DNA of 64,000 nt from the NCBI GenBank assembly GCA_009859145.1, contig VRVR01000022.1, positions 248,001-312,000 of the forward strand, given 5' to 3'. Below are positions 32,701 to 43,800 of this stretch, in pieces. The translations under genes and the position numbers were made by a program. Each line of letters starts with the position of its first letter. Within the stretch, counting starts at the first letter, position 1. The notes beneath the pieces were generated by a model, which did not search any database, had not been told where the DNA came from, and saw nothing but the letters and a program-made list of their open reading frames with translations. Origin of the DNA: Andalucia godoyi And28 (lineage: Eukaryota > Protista > Jakobida).

Positions 32701-35700
32701 GTCCGAAGAGGTCAATCTCGAGAAAACAGGATTCCGATTCCCCAAAAAAGGAAAAGTGATCACGTTCGTCTCGGAAGAGAATGCACAAGCCGTGCATCAC
32801 ATACTGAGATTCATGCGATTCATAAACAAAGGATACTGGAGGCATTGTCAAATAAAACCGGGGTGATTTGATGCGAAGTCGAACAGCCTCGTCGGTGAGA
32901 ACCGGATCTAGTGAGATGGCATTATTCATATCATCGTAGATCTTAAGGCAGAGTGTAAATGGAACATCTACAGACAACTGAGGTTGCGGAACACTGGCCA
33001 TTATCCGACGAACAACGCTGTTGGTGACATGGACGGCCAACTCAAGATCCCCACAGATGCTTTCCTCCAGATCAGAAAGCAGGAATGACGATTGTTCGAG
33101 AACGTTACGCTGCAATCTGCTCTTAAACACAAGAACATAATCGGCGCAGCCGTTAAATTCCAAGACATGGGATGCATCTGCTACACACTGAAAAGGATAC
33201 TCTTTGATGATATGTCCTCGAACAAACTTGCCGACCTCGGAGTTCCATGAAGATTCGTACACTTGTAATGCTACCATGAAGGGAGGGTCGTCCAGAGGCG
33301 AGCAAAAGTCGGGCAACCGCAATAGCGATCTCGGAGACGAGCATATCCTCTCTCCAAACTCCCGCGAGCAGCAAAATCGCGTGGTAAAATGGTACGTGCC
33401 TTCCGACAGAGTGCACGCGCCCGACGTGCAAGAGTTCGATGAGACACGACGAGTTTCCTTGGTCATGATTCCGGCCTGAAGAACGCTGGAGAGGACCAAT
33501 CGGTGATCTGGAATGTGCATTCGAAAAAACGAAAACCGAGCCTCTGCCTTCGCTCTGTCAAAACGCCTTCCGTTCAGCAATAACTGAGAAACAGCAACGC
33601 GGTAGATGCCAGCATCATGGAACAAGTCCGCAGGAAGCAAGCGGATATTTGCAATCGCATCAGCGGCCTCAATCGTTTCTGCTTGCGATGCCGACCAGTT
33701 GTCCACAGTGAAGGACACGCATTGAATGGGAAATACACCGTTCTCGTCCACATAGAAAATCTGATTTGAAGCTGATCCGGAAGGATCATCACCGACACAA
33801 TCCACCGATCGAAGAGGAGCTAAATTAAATGCACTTCCACGAAGCACGCAGCGACTCCATGACCCGCTGGGACTCAAAGGGCTACCACTATGAAACCTCG
33901 AAAGTTCAGCAAATCCATCTTCGCGAGCATGACATTCTCCCGCCCACTCGTAAACCGCCGGTTCCCATGGAGCTACTGCGATTCCCGCGATATCAAACAC
34001 TGTCAGCAGATTGTCAAATCTGGAGGAAAACTTGTCTATGCAGAGCGGGAACTCGCCATGGAAGAACAGCTGGCCACGGATACGCTTCAGTGCTGGAGCT
34101 GGAGCCAATGCACTGTCGCTTCTGAAGTGCGATGGCAACAGGTACTGATATGGGAGCAGTTTGCCGTTCCAATACACTTCGCACACATATCCACGATGTG
34201 GGCAGGAGTCCCAGTCAGCCAAACACGTTCTCTCGTCATTTACAGCGTCTTCCACGCAATCTAGATCCAGGCGCTCCGACGGATCCGGAGGCAGTGACTC
34301 CTCGTTGAAAAACACCGGAAAGTACTTGAGAATAATTTTTGCACAACGACAAAGGTCAAGTACGAGTGGTGCGCACGACGACGCAGACATGAGACCTCGA
34401 TCATATGCATTTGGATGGCTATTGCAGAGCTGGCGAATAATGGTGTTTCCTTGCACATCGGCACCTCGTACCGATATGTTGAGTGGAGGAATCGCTCTGC
34501 AAGGTCTTGGAACGGCCGGTTTCAAAGCGTTGGAGCGTGGAAAGCCACGATCATTCAAGTAATAATAGAAGGCGTGGGCCAGTGAGGTGGAATACGAGTC
34601 AACAAGTGAAATGATGCATTGGTTTAGGAGCTCAGCAGGGTCGAACAAGTGCGTGGAGTCCCTCTGAAGAACTCTGCTGAATGGCATCAGCATCTCCATG
34701 CGAAGTTTCGAAATAACAATGAGGGTGTACGAGGAGCATCTCCGATGCATGTCCAGCCACTGAGCCGATAGACCCGTAGAATGCTCTTCTTCTGAAAAAC
34801 AAGACGGATCTTCTGGAATGATCTCGTTCAGCGAATTCTCGAATGCTCGAAACGAGTCTGTCGGAAAGGCCATCAGCTTTTCTGCATCTATTTCCACCGA
34901 GTATGTAGGATACCCTTCCTTCCTTGTGATAACTCGAAGCAATCGCCCAAGGGAAAACGCAGCACGCTTCGCTCCCACTCCAAACACGCCCAGCCTTCCG
35001 TTTGCAAAAAACGGAAAGTCTTGTGGATCCCGAGTCTGTGCCTCTCCACGATGAGTCGGGATCAGTTCCTTTGGCACTGAAAATGCAAAGCACTCAATCA
35101 ACTCGCGGTCTGTCATTCCGCATCCGTCGTCAGAAATCATGATAAACCCAACATCCCGCTTCTCTTGAAATTTGAGAGGACCCGGGACCGGATGAAACGA
35201 AACTTCGATATTCTCAGCGTTTGCTTCGATCGCGTTGTCAATAAATGCGGACAAATAGGAATGGGTCGGGTGCTTCCACGCGTTCATCTTTGGGATTGGG
35301 CGTACGTCAAAAGGATGGACAAACAGGATGGGATTCAGTCTGTAGCTTGAAAACCCAAACGTAAACTCTCGACACTCTTGTCCGACGTGCCGTACAATGA
35401 TGACGACGTTCACATGATTGCGAAACCACAAGAAATTCGCATCTGTGACGGTCATGTATTCAAATACAGCATTTTGCACTGATTCTCCATCCTTTCTTTC
35501 GTCGTGACGGTCGCGATCCATACCTGGATCACTGCCTGTGCGTGCGTCTTCGTCCTCGTCGTCATCAACCGAGCAGCCAAATCGGCTTTTGTGAAGCCTT
35601 GCTACGCACTCTACATGATCAGCATTCGCTGGATTTCCTCCATCCTTTTCATATGCAGACAACGCACACTCCAGCAGATGTGTCAAACTGCGCATAAACA

Positions 35701-35758
35701 AAAGATTCCCAAACAACCGGTCCACAGGCGCCAGAATGCTCACAGCAATCGGTCGCAT
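29702..35758 (-). CDS. SMCHD1: SMCHD1/GMI1-like protein (GHKL ATPase, Ig-like repeats, SMC hinge)
   Basis: GHKL motifs AFIDNAI, ISDDGCGM and GVFGVGAK. Transducer segments LAHAFYYYL, EVYWNGKLLPY, RIRGQLF and YEWAGECH parallel SMCHD1 LAHIYHYY, ECFWNGRLIPY, RISGALF and WLKDCH. C-terminal hinge-like SLLCWQFSDVL and LLRHVVFVPNIESA. First ATG at 35758. Confidence 0.85.
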   Translation of the reverse strand: MRPIAVSILAPVDRLFGNLLFMRSLTHLLECALSAYEKDGGNPANADHVECVARLHKSRFGCSVDDDEDEDARTGSDPGMDRDRHDERKDGESVQNAVFEYMTVTDANFLWFRNHVNVVIIVRHVGQECREFTFGFSSYRLNPILFVHPFDVRPIPKMNAWKHPTHSYLSAFIDNAIEANAENIEVSFHPVPGPLKFQEKRDVGFIMISDDGCGMTDRELIECFAFSVPKELIPTHRGEAQTRDPQDFPFFANGRLGVFGVGAKRAAFSLGRLLRVITRKEGYPTYSVEIDAEKLMAFPTDSFRAFENSLNEIIPEDPSCFSEEEHSTGLSAQWLDMHRRCSSYTLIVISKLRMEMLMPFSRVLQRDSTHLFDPAELLNQCIISLVDSYSTSLAHAFYYYLNDRGFPRSNALKPAVPRPCRAIPPLNISVRGADVQGNTIIRQLCNSHPNAYDRGLMSASSCAPLVLDLCRCAKIILKYFPVFFNEESLPPDPSERLDLDCVEDAVNDERTCLADWDSCPHRGYVCEVYWNGKLLPYQYLLPSHFRSDSALAPAPALKRIRGQLFFHGEFPLCIDKFSSRFDNLLTVFDIAGIAVAPWEPAVYEWAGECHAREDGFAELSRFHSGSPLSPSGSWSRCVLRGSAFNLAPLRSVDCVGDDPSGSASNQIFYVDENGVFPIQCVSFTVDNWSASQAETIEAADAIANIRLLPADLFHDAGIYRVAVSQLLLNGRRFDRAKAEARFSFFRMHIPDHRLVLSSVLQAGIMTKETRRVSSNSCTSGACTLSEGTYHFTTRFCCSREFGERICSSPRSLLRLPDFCSPLDDPPFMVALQVYESSWNSEVGKFVRGHIIKEYPFQCVADASHVLEFNGCADYVLVFKSRLQRNVLEQSSFLLSDLEESICGDLELAVHVTNSVVRRIMASVPQPQLSVDVPFTLCLKIYDDMNNAISLDPVLTDEAVRLRIKSPRFYLTMPPVSFVYESHESQYVMHGLCILFRDERDHFSFFGESESCFLEIDLFGPAEKDSGLLAGFNESLELLGSTELSCSVCAGTFCSIRAQFSGTSANQMPRIRSGTSVPPFTVAAFDRFGSPVPFPCSAVLCFPTIKAAVPFPVSSVVHICLPEYRTLVPPVNGEFLLEIECRQNDREATAATAEVAACSLTVLVEASRYPCTAAIEDPFHILKADSDVTSDSFPSMQFTGIVPVGSRIPDIRFRLLAADGDFAMFHDSDSPRVEALCNGIVVCEHAINGGELLVDYYSLSSYLVDSVFPTLTNYGSYVISLRFKNALIPVFGIDLSFHLRAELPSRLLVSWKDVDAASAQIPEVASGTGLPEMYVRMTDRFGNALPFSPDAPSKIQMVDSDVGTPFTDVRSQFSHFAVQSAGHIQSDHYFLPENPILQIGGYCIVLSCPSFVAHVGCVGIVFRLSFDEFSLTTDALYVNVVPGSPSTVRLYEIDGWKLEDHPQMRRLPVQAMFAFRCLKLRLFDVGGNSVTSGVANDMRVAVLGVHCKIFPFDRITVSSKFVDGECAVDDVTIVFDPDQQEAALQFSLCVLENGRGAESRTGRKLRSLGGGAPTELLLERCMADGVGFVRRLEARFLVGADQGSCAPTLEVSLIIEGGYLDFADRHIVQQSVDVICDVIAYRLQEVKDDRPVFIFHSDSLLCDMPRVFKVSYMEQRRRFFAPHMWTVEVDLVQVFADYVRTSLESTSVDACELFRRSDYNLRYRFAVLQRVLNDITGSITAEQFSISSSADLGSAMDKLQRLRASLRSKMQPFTRLGPKHKNCIGIDQLVDIVVLRAPKSELDETIESIAELGSLLCWQFSDVLGRYLARTDDEYKRCLSCRLPVVHISGSGHPDKEFPLPEYVRRHGCRRATHILEPLHSRRDMAVVERLLRHVVFVPNIESALAVMHEQESRHLPRFDTLCISERIFIKSTTLTVGPFDPAQTASGTVVRLGNVYFKVMEVLQRAVLFGKSNFAMLSALEQSVRLYQELLREEGKDPSSVDLRGIASPIRTNQWTND

Positions 35759-36136
35759 GATGAACAATCGCACCAAGTCTCACCTCGTCGCCGCCGTCCC
35801 AACAACAACAGCATGAAAGTTCAGCGCATTCGGCGCAATACCCTGGAGCAACAACGGCCAAAAGAATGCGGGAGAAACAGGAAGTGAATAATTGCTATAG
35901 TCATGCATAATAATAATAAATAAATAAAATAAAGGAAACCCAAAAACAAAACAAAACAACAAAAAACGCGGCGAACCGTAGTCGGTTCCGTTGAACCTCA
36001 AACGTGTTTCTGGACTTTCGCTCAGAAGCCGCCGAAAGCTGTGCTGGTGTTCCTTCCGTCCTCTTTTTGTTCTACTTCTGCATATGCGACATTCGCTTTC
36101 GCTCACAGGGATAGGGACACGGATACTCGCACAATC

Positions 36137-36543
36137 ATGTCATTCTTTTCATCAAAGCCCGCTGCGGCGACTGGAAAATCAGAGGCCGATGAAATTGTTG
36201 GACGGATCCGCGAAGAAATGAACCAGCAAGCTGCGCAGGATCTCTTTCAGCGAGTCGCAGAAAAGTGCTTTGCAAAGTGCATTTCCAAGCCTGGATCAAA
36301 GCTCGATGCAAATGACCAAGCGTGCCTTGCAAGATGCGAAGACCGTTACATTGATGCAATGAATGTCATTTCACAGGCTCTCCAGGACCGATCAAATACC
36401 GTACGTGGCTGTTATTTCCCTCTTCCCTCCTTCTTTTATTATTATTATTCTTTATTATCATTAATATTAATAATTCTTTGCTGTTTTTTAATATTTAATT
36501 TATTATTTTAATATCCGGATGACAGATGGAACAAGATTCTTAA
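36137..36543 (+). CDS. TIM13: Mitochondrial small Tim chaperone Tim13 (two exons: 36137-36400 and 36526-36543)
   Basis: Twin CX3C motif EKCFAKCISKPG...ACLARCEDRYIDA. Predicted phase-0 GTACGT...GACAG AT-rich intron at 36401-36525 gives the C-terminus DRSNT-MEQDS*. Confidence 0.85.
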
Positions 36544-36828
36544 TCATGATGCATGACGATGACAACGTCCGCGAGACACCCCCCCGCACGCTGCGCCACG
36601 GACAAGAAGGACAAAAACAGCGAGTAAAGCCCAACACCATCGACAGTCTGTTATTGTCATTATCATTATTATCATTATTGTTATTTTTTTAAAAACTACT
36701 TATTCTTGTATCATTTTGCGGATTAGACAGTTTCCAACAAGTTCGTGACTCCAAAAACCTCTACGTCCATTGCCTGGTGCAACAACAGCAAGCGGAACTC
36801 ATCGCGGCACACGGTAGCACAGCGCGAC

Positions 36829-37578
36829 TTACGCAGTTTTTCTCATTGGTGGGGATGCAAAGCGTCTTCTGACGTCCCTGAGTTCCGCATCCGTGGCTGG
36901 ACCAAACGATCCAGAGGATTCCCGAACCCAAATAGCGCGGTCTGTCTGCGTGGCCGTTGGCGAAACATCGACGAATCGGTAGCGAACACGCGGAGTCATG
37001 TCATTCTTGCAGAGTGCCGTTGCAAACTGGTCCTCATACGGCACGAGCGGCTTCCCGCGGATCGCAGCCAGCTGATCCTCGACAGCAGTCGCAGCCGACT
37101 CGGGCGCCGCAAGATCCTCGTCGCCGACAATGTACATGCGACCCGGAGTCTTCAGTCCAGCAACCTCCTTCTCCATCCTCTCCTTGTCGTCCGAGACAGC
37201 ACCAGCACCACCCTTCTTGGCTGTGCGCTCCTGGTACTTTGCGACAAACCGGACATTCGTGATTGACTCTGCAACATCAAGCGGCGTCTCCACAGGAGAA
37301 AACGGCGATTTTGCAATTGCGAGAATTCCTTGGATACGGGCTACAGAGCATCCAAACTTTTGAGAAAGTGCAGTCAGTGAGTTCACGGCCGGGTTTGATG
37401 CGTGAAGCTGGACAATCTCAGCTCGAGCTGCCGGAGAAAGCATGACAATTGTCTCGGCATTATTCACAGACGATGCCGAGGCCGATGCCGACGATGATGA
37501 CGATGACTTGGACGACTTGTCTGCAGATGACGACGACGGGCGCGTCGCGGCAAAACGAACCAATAGCCGACGAAACAT
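36829..37578 (-). CDS. Mitochondrial ribosomal protein mS45 (yeast Mrps35/Bot1 family)
   Basis: Presequence MFRRLLVRF. Helix-turn-helix LSPAARAEIVQLH...LSQKFGCSVARIQGIL. C-terminal RYRFVDVS...IWVRESSG motif. Confidence 0.7.
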   Translation of the reverse strand: MFRRLLVRFAATRPSSSSADKSSKSSSSSSASASASSVNNAETIVMLSPAARAEIVQLHASNPAVNSLTALSQKFGCSVARIQGILAIAKSPFSPVETPLDVAESITNVRFVAKYQERTAKKGGAGAVSDDKERMEKEVAGLKTPGRMYIVGDEDLAAPESAATAVEDQLAAIRGKPLVPYEDQFATALCKNDMTPRVRYRFVDVSPTATQTDRAIWVRESSGSFGPATDAELRDVRRRFASPPMRKTA

Positions 37579-37819
37579 GGCTCCTCGGGGATGAAACTCA
37601 GCTTCTTCTTTTAATGTCTAATACTTTAATTAAAAAAAAAATGAATTTAAAAATGAATTTAAAAAGAAATTTCTAAAAATTAAAAATTAAAAAAAAGAAA
37701 AAGTAATAATGGCGTCTCCAATCCATCTTGGAAACAGAAAAAGGGCGATAAAGTACGTAAGGTGATCATGCGCATGTCAGCCTTTCTGTGGGATACGCAT
37801 TTTTACGTTACTTAATTGC

Positions 37820-40800
37820 TCATGGTACGCGACCGGACTCGATCATTTCTGCATATTCGCGAGATTGCAAAAAGAGAGGGAACATGGACTGCTCCATGTC
37901 GCGTCGGACCTCTTCCACAGCCGAATCAAAAAGATTACGAGGAGGATTGCTGGACGACGCTTGGTACAATGATAAGATGTGTCGCCGGGTGGCTTCGTTG
38001 ATGTTGATCGTATCGAACGAGTCGAGGGAGATGAATCTTTCAATGATCACACGAGACTTCAGCGCAGACCGGGGTACAGCGCTCTCTTGCTGGAACTCGC
38101 GGACAGAATTGTAAAAGTTCAAACCATCCGGATCAAAATTGTTCTCCACAAAAGACTGGAAATACTGACACATGTGGCGATCATTCAAAATCATTAGCAA
38201 CGCCGATGCAGAGGACTTCGCATTGGCGGACGATGACGAGCGAGCATTCGACGCCGATGACGAATGGTGATGATTAGCGTGCTGCAGCTGTTTCAACGGC
38301 ACTACCGCTTCCTCTTCGTCGTCATCCAGCACAATCTCAATCTCATTCTTGTTCGCTTCCTGCGACGACCGACTCTGCGACGTCGGGGCAGCACGCTGAG
38401 GCGCTGCGGCCTCAACAGAGGCTTCCTCTTCATCATCATCCGGATTGAATTTGTACGCCGGAGGAGCAACTACAGAAGAGGTCAAAGATGGGGTTGGCTG
38501 TTGTGGCGACGGCGGATGCTGAGTTGACACGGGCAGGTCGCGCTTCTCCAGGTTGAGACGTAGCAGCTTCTCTGAAATCTCCCTTTGGAAGGGAGAAGCC
38601 GAAGAGGAACTGTTGGATGCGCTAGGAGACCCAGGAGACAGTGGCTGGTTCGCGTGAGAGCGAGGACGGGGCATGCGCTCTTGAGATTTCGAGAACGATC
38701 GCTCGCGCTTCACGCGCGCAGATACTGCTGCCACGCGCGGTGCCAAAGCCTTTGGAGACTCTGCGGCGCCGTCGGACAACAAATTCGGGGATACAGGTCG
38801 GAGCGAGACTGCCTCCTTGGGAATTGCAGACGACAAATTCGGGTCGTCAAACTCACGAGACAGGAATAACACGGCAGCCTGCAGAGCATCCACCGTCGGT
38901 TCGAGCATTTCCGAAAACAAGACGGCTCCATCTTCCACAACCGCATCATCAGAATCGCGAGGAAGAGCAACCTGCAAAAGAAGCAAGGCGCTGGCGCGAA
39001 CGCGCTCCGCAGACGATGCGTATCGGCTGCACCAGCTCCAGAACTGCTGATCCAACCGGGAGAGCAAAGGCCGGAATGCAACAACAAGAGTTGGCCGGTA
39101 TGCTTCGCCCATCGATTCAAGCAGCGAGCGTGTCCATCTGAACAGCATCTCGAGCTGCAAGGAGCGCTGGTCAAAGATCGGAGAACGAGCACCGAGGGGC
39201 GGCAAAATGACTCCGAGAATTTGTCCGATGTACAGCCACATAGGAGACGAGGCGTCATCCCCCAGAAGACTCATAATAGCGGAAGCCAAGCGCTTCGAGA
39301 AAGTCTGCGATGACAAGCGACTGGCTGGATCCTGCGAAGCAAATGCCCGCAGAGCCTTGATTGCTGAGAACCAGCCATCAACGATGTCTGGCGACAGCCC
39401 ATCAATCGTCCCTTGATGCTGCTCCATGGCAAATGCAACATCCAGGCATACGCCCTCAACATCTTTTCTATTCCCAAGAGACAGTCGAAGAATTGATGGC
39501 GTCAGGGCAATCAACGTTGTAACATACTGGAAGACCGTGGGATGAATGGATGCACAGGAAGACGGGACCACCTGGACATACCGAGGAGAAAATGCTTGCG
39601 CAAAGGTTACGAGTAGCCGGAGTGCCAGAGGCTCGCATTCATTTCCGACATCCGCCAATGCCGGAAGAAGAAGCGGCTGGATTCCATCAAACAAGGACGT
39701 TGCTGCGCTTGACGATCCCAGAGAACATACGGGCACTTTCCAGTCCGCGACCAAGTCGATTCCATTCGGTCGATTCATGTTGAAGAATGTTTCGAAACAG
39801 ATAGAATCCTGTGCAATCGTGTCGAGCAGGGGAATTGCGCTGCGATACAAGAGCTGAGAAGCAGTGACCTGCGACGGCTGCTGGGAACGCTTGACGACGG
39901 AATGCACAAAAGAACGCATTAGAGCAATCGAGGAGGAGAGCATTGCAGGGCTTTCATGCAACACGTTACGCTTGGAAAGGTCCTGTGCTGCCGCGGTAAG
40001 AACGCGCGCACACTCAATGGCTCTTAGGAGGGAGGGAGCAAAGGCAGACTCACTCGTACCCAGCGCAAGAATCTTCCAGAGCAGCCTGCGCTTCGTGGTG
40101 GAGCGAGGTTTCGCACGCTCCGCTTTTCGCAAGGACCGCTCTGCCGCTTGAATCGCCCGAAGCAGGTGCGTCTGCACCAAGAACAGCACTCGGGAATTCA
40201 TCGGTCTCAAGACCGAACGAAAGACTGCCAGCGCCTTCAAACAGATGCGATGATGCGCATGCACGGCATGATCTGGAAGAACGACACGCGATGAGGATGG
40301 GAAAGCAAACTGCAGGGACTCATGCCCCAGCAGCTCCACAAAGTACGGAGACACTGACTGGGAACTTCCAGACATCGTCTGGACCAGCACTCTGACAAAC
40401 TCGTCTACAAACACCACGGGGCCCTTGGACGGATCCACTTCGCTACTCGACCATGCGAACCGGACGTTCGGCTGCTGCAGCAGGAAAGCATACGATCGTA
40501 AAGCCGTTGCACGACTTGCTTCTGACCCTTGAAATTCCGACGCTTGCGCCATCATTACATTGCTGAGGAACATCCGAACCTGGCTGGCATCAATATGTCG
40601 GTCGTCCGCGTGGATAAGCGCAAACAAGATGCACACATGAAGACGTTTCTGCAAGGCCGCAAAGTGATTCGTATCGCAAGCGAGATCCACAAGAGTCTGG
40701 AGGACAACCGCACAGCGACATCTCCAGTGCTGAAGAGCCTGATCAACAGAATCAATATGTCTGCGGCGTGCCGCTGCCACAAAGTTCTTCACGAACTCCG

Positions 40801-43800
40801 CACGATTCGGCTTTTCAGAGACAACAACGGCAGCCTGCGATGCAGATGATGATGAAGCTTCTGCTTCAGCACCAGCAGCACTGTTTGTCTCGGCTTTTTC
40901 ATCCTTGATGACTGCAGCCTGAGCAGCATTTTCAACATCCGCCACAGAGCTCAGAGACGCTGCCGCTGCTTCAGTCTGCGCCTCGGACTCTGCTGCATGA
41001 GCAACCAACTCTGGAGCACTGCAGACCTCGGACGGCTTTTCAGTTTCGAATTGCTCCTTGTACGCAGCAGCAGCCTGTTCACGAGCAATGACCTTGCTGA
41101 AGTCTCCAATGCATTCGCGGTAGCGCTCCGCGCTGAGTTCATAAACAAGTGGCAGCACAACTGCGTCCGCATGCTGGTGATACAAGAACGCAAGAATCTC
41201 CGCAGCAAGTGCTTTTCCACTCTTCTGCATTGCATCATTATCGTTCGCAAACTCCAAACCTGCGGAGACATCGACGAGAATGGACACAACACGAGGAAGA
41301 TTGACCTGCTCCTCATCCTCCGCCAGAGGGGCTTCAGCAAACGACTGCCACATCTTTCGCACTTCGCTGGCGGCTCCATTGACCGAAAAGAAAGTTGTGC
41401 TCACCGACAACAACGTAGTGACCATGTAGGTCGAGTCCTTCGCGTATGTCGACAATCCAATGTTCCCAAGCCACGGGGTGACGATAGGAATCATCCACGC
41501 ACAGGGTTTGCGGGATTCGATCATTCGCATAAAAGCGTCCTTCACAATGGTCAGCGACAACGGCTTCAGCTTCAAGTTCGATGCCAGCAATCGAGACACC
41601 AGAGAGGCGTGCTTTCGTACAGACTCGATATGTCCAGAGGAGAACACCAGACGGAAATACTGGAGATCGTCCAGCAGGGTAGCAGCACGGAAGATCTTCA
41701 CGACAATGCACAACGATTCGTAAGCAGCCAGGTGAATCTCTCGCGCCTCATGATTCAAGAACCACAAGAGCAAGACAATCACCGAAGACAACACATCATC
41801 GGATAAATGAATACGACTCTCAAGGGCACCAATGTCAATTTCTGGGAAAGCGACGTATGTGTTTTGTGTGAACGCAAGAATGAGGTCGTGCACTTGACGA
41901 TGCTCGTCTAGACCACTCAGCGGGGCCGGAGGTGCATTTCCAAGCGTGGACTCAAAGCCAGAGGCATCAAACTTTGCGGGAACAAATACTCGGGACAGAG
42001 CTCGAAGCAAGGCACACCGATGAGCTTCTTCCTCAGCAGTTGAATCCTTGTCCAAAGAGTCGTACATGACCTTGAGCAACTGGTGCAGCAAGATGGCAGA
42101 GTTGTTATTCAGAATCAAGGCGTCAATCACATGATACCTCAAATATTCCAAATCGATCCACTGATCCAGCTTTTCGTTGCTCTCCTCTAAAATACGACCA
42201 AAATGCGGGACAATAGAAAGAGCAATATGCGCCTCCTTCACAATAGCAGACGCCAGCACGTCCATAGTAGACAACGTCGATTGTTTGACAGCAGCGTCCT
42301 TTTCTTTGGACTGTACGAGCGTCGCCGCCTGCGAGCACCGCGGATCAAAAGGAGAAGCCTGTCGAATCCGGCCGATCGGCAACAGCATCTGCACAAGAAG
42401 ACGTCGAAGCTCCACAGTGGACTCGGGAAGCACAGACAAAACCTGCTCCAACGACACAATCAAATCAAAAGCTGACACCAATTCGACTACCGCAGTAGCA
42501 GCATACTTGGACACCGGGCCACGGTGAAACGACGAAATGCGACCGACGTCCTCAAAGGTGATTGCTGTTAATCTCTGCCAACTCTGAAGAATCATTCGCA
42601 GGGCGGCGTCGGCGTTGGACGGCAAAACGTTGAACGCCACATCGCGCATGACCGGGAGAGAGAGCAACACGAGGCGATCGCCGTTCTTCTTGCGCATCTT
42701 GGACAGCGATTGAACTGAAGACTGCGGTACAGACTTGATCACAGGAGTCGATGATCCTCCACGCTCCTCGCGAATACCAAACAGGCGCTGCAAAACAGAC
42801 AGCGACAGCGACGAATGAGTAGATGCCAATGCAAACGAAGCGGCGTAACGCACCCAAGTGACATCAGCAGTAAGCAGCGGTAGCACTGTTTCCACCAGGG
42901 AATCAAAGAACGCAGATTCCGGAACAGAATCTGCTCCAGCCCGTTCGGCTGTGGTCTTCGATCCAGGGGCTTCCTCGACTTGGTCTGAGAACGAGACATG
43001 CTTGCGTGAGTCTGACGAGGAAAGAGGGGTGCCCGGCGCTGCCGCTTCCGGTTCCGTCTTCTCTTGGACGGGAGTCGATCGCTGAACAGAGGTCGAAGAG
43101 AATAAAAAGCAAAGCCCCCAAAAGAACATCAAGGCGTAATGAGACCCAAAAATACCTTTTGCCTTATTCTGCTTTTCCGATTTCTGCAATTGCTCTTCGC
43201 TCAAAGGCACTTCTGGTAGCAACGCAAGGCGTTTCAAGACTCGATCACGAGCCAATCTGGCGATATCGACCTTGACATCACACAACAGTTCACGAAGAAC
43301 GTACCCATATAGCAAAGTGTTGTCAGTATCCAATGCAGCAAACAGCGGAGCTGGCTCTGATTCCATTTGGTCCTGCAGAACCTTGAAGTACGGGTCGGCG
43401 ACTGCATTCACACGATACGCATTTTGAAGCTCCGGCGTAGAATGCACGACAATCGGACGGTCAACGACGATTCTATTGTTTGCATCATCGATCAGACACT
43501 TGTTGAACGCACGAAGAACAAGTTCCTTCTGCCACTCCGATTCTAGTTTCACGGGCAGCCGCTGGCGGACCTGAGAACTGGCCATGGCTGCTACTTGCTC
43601 CAGAACACGAAGGGCGAGACGTCGTACGACACCAGAGTGATGTGCGAGGAACGGCAAGCAAGACCCGTAAATCTTGTCAACCAAAGCATCAGAAGGCCCA
43701 TTTGTTGATGAATAGTCCGATGAGCGATGCCAGAGGTTCAGAAAACACAGAACGTTGTCCAGCAAGGTAGAGACGCAGGATTCGGAAGCATATGCGTCGT

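Noticed and set aside
36551-36561. 11-nt match (GCATGACGATG) to the start of the putative copy-2 guide (52650-52660)
   Set aside because: Too short, and the adjacent sequence does not resemble the candidate TAM/core. Treated as chance.
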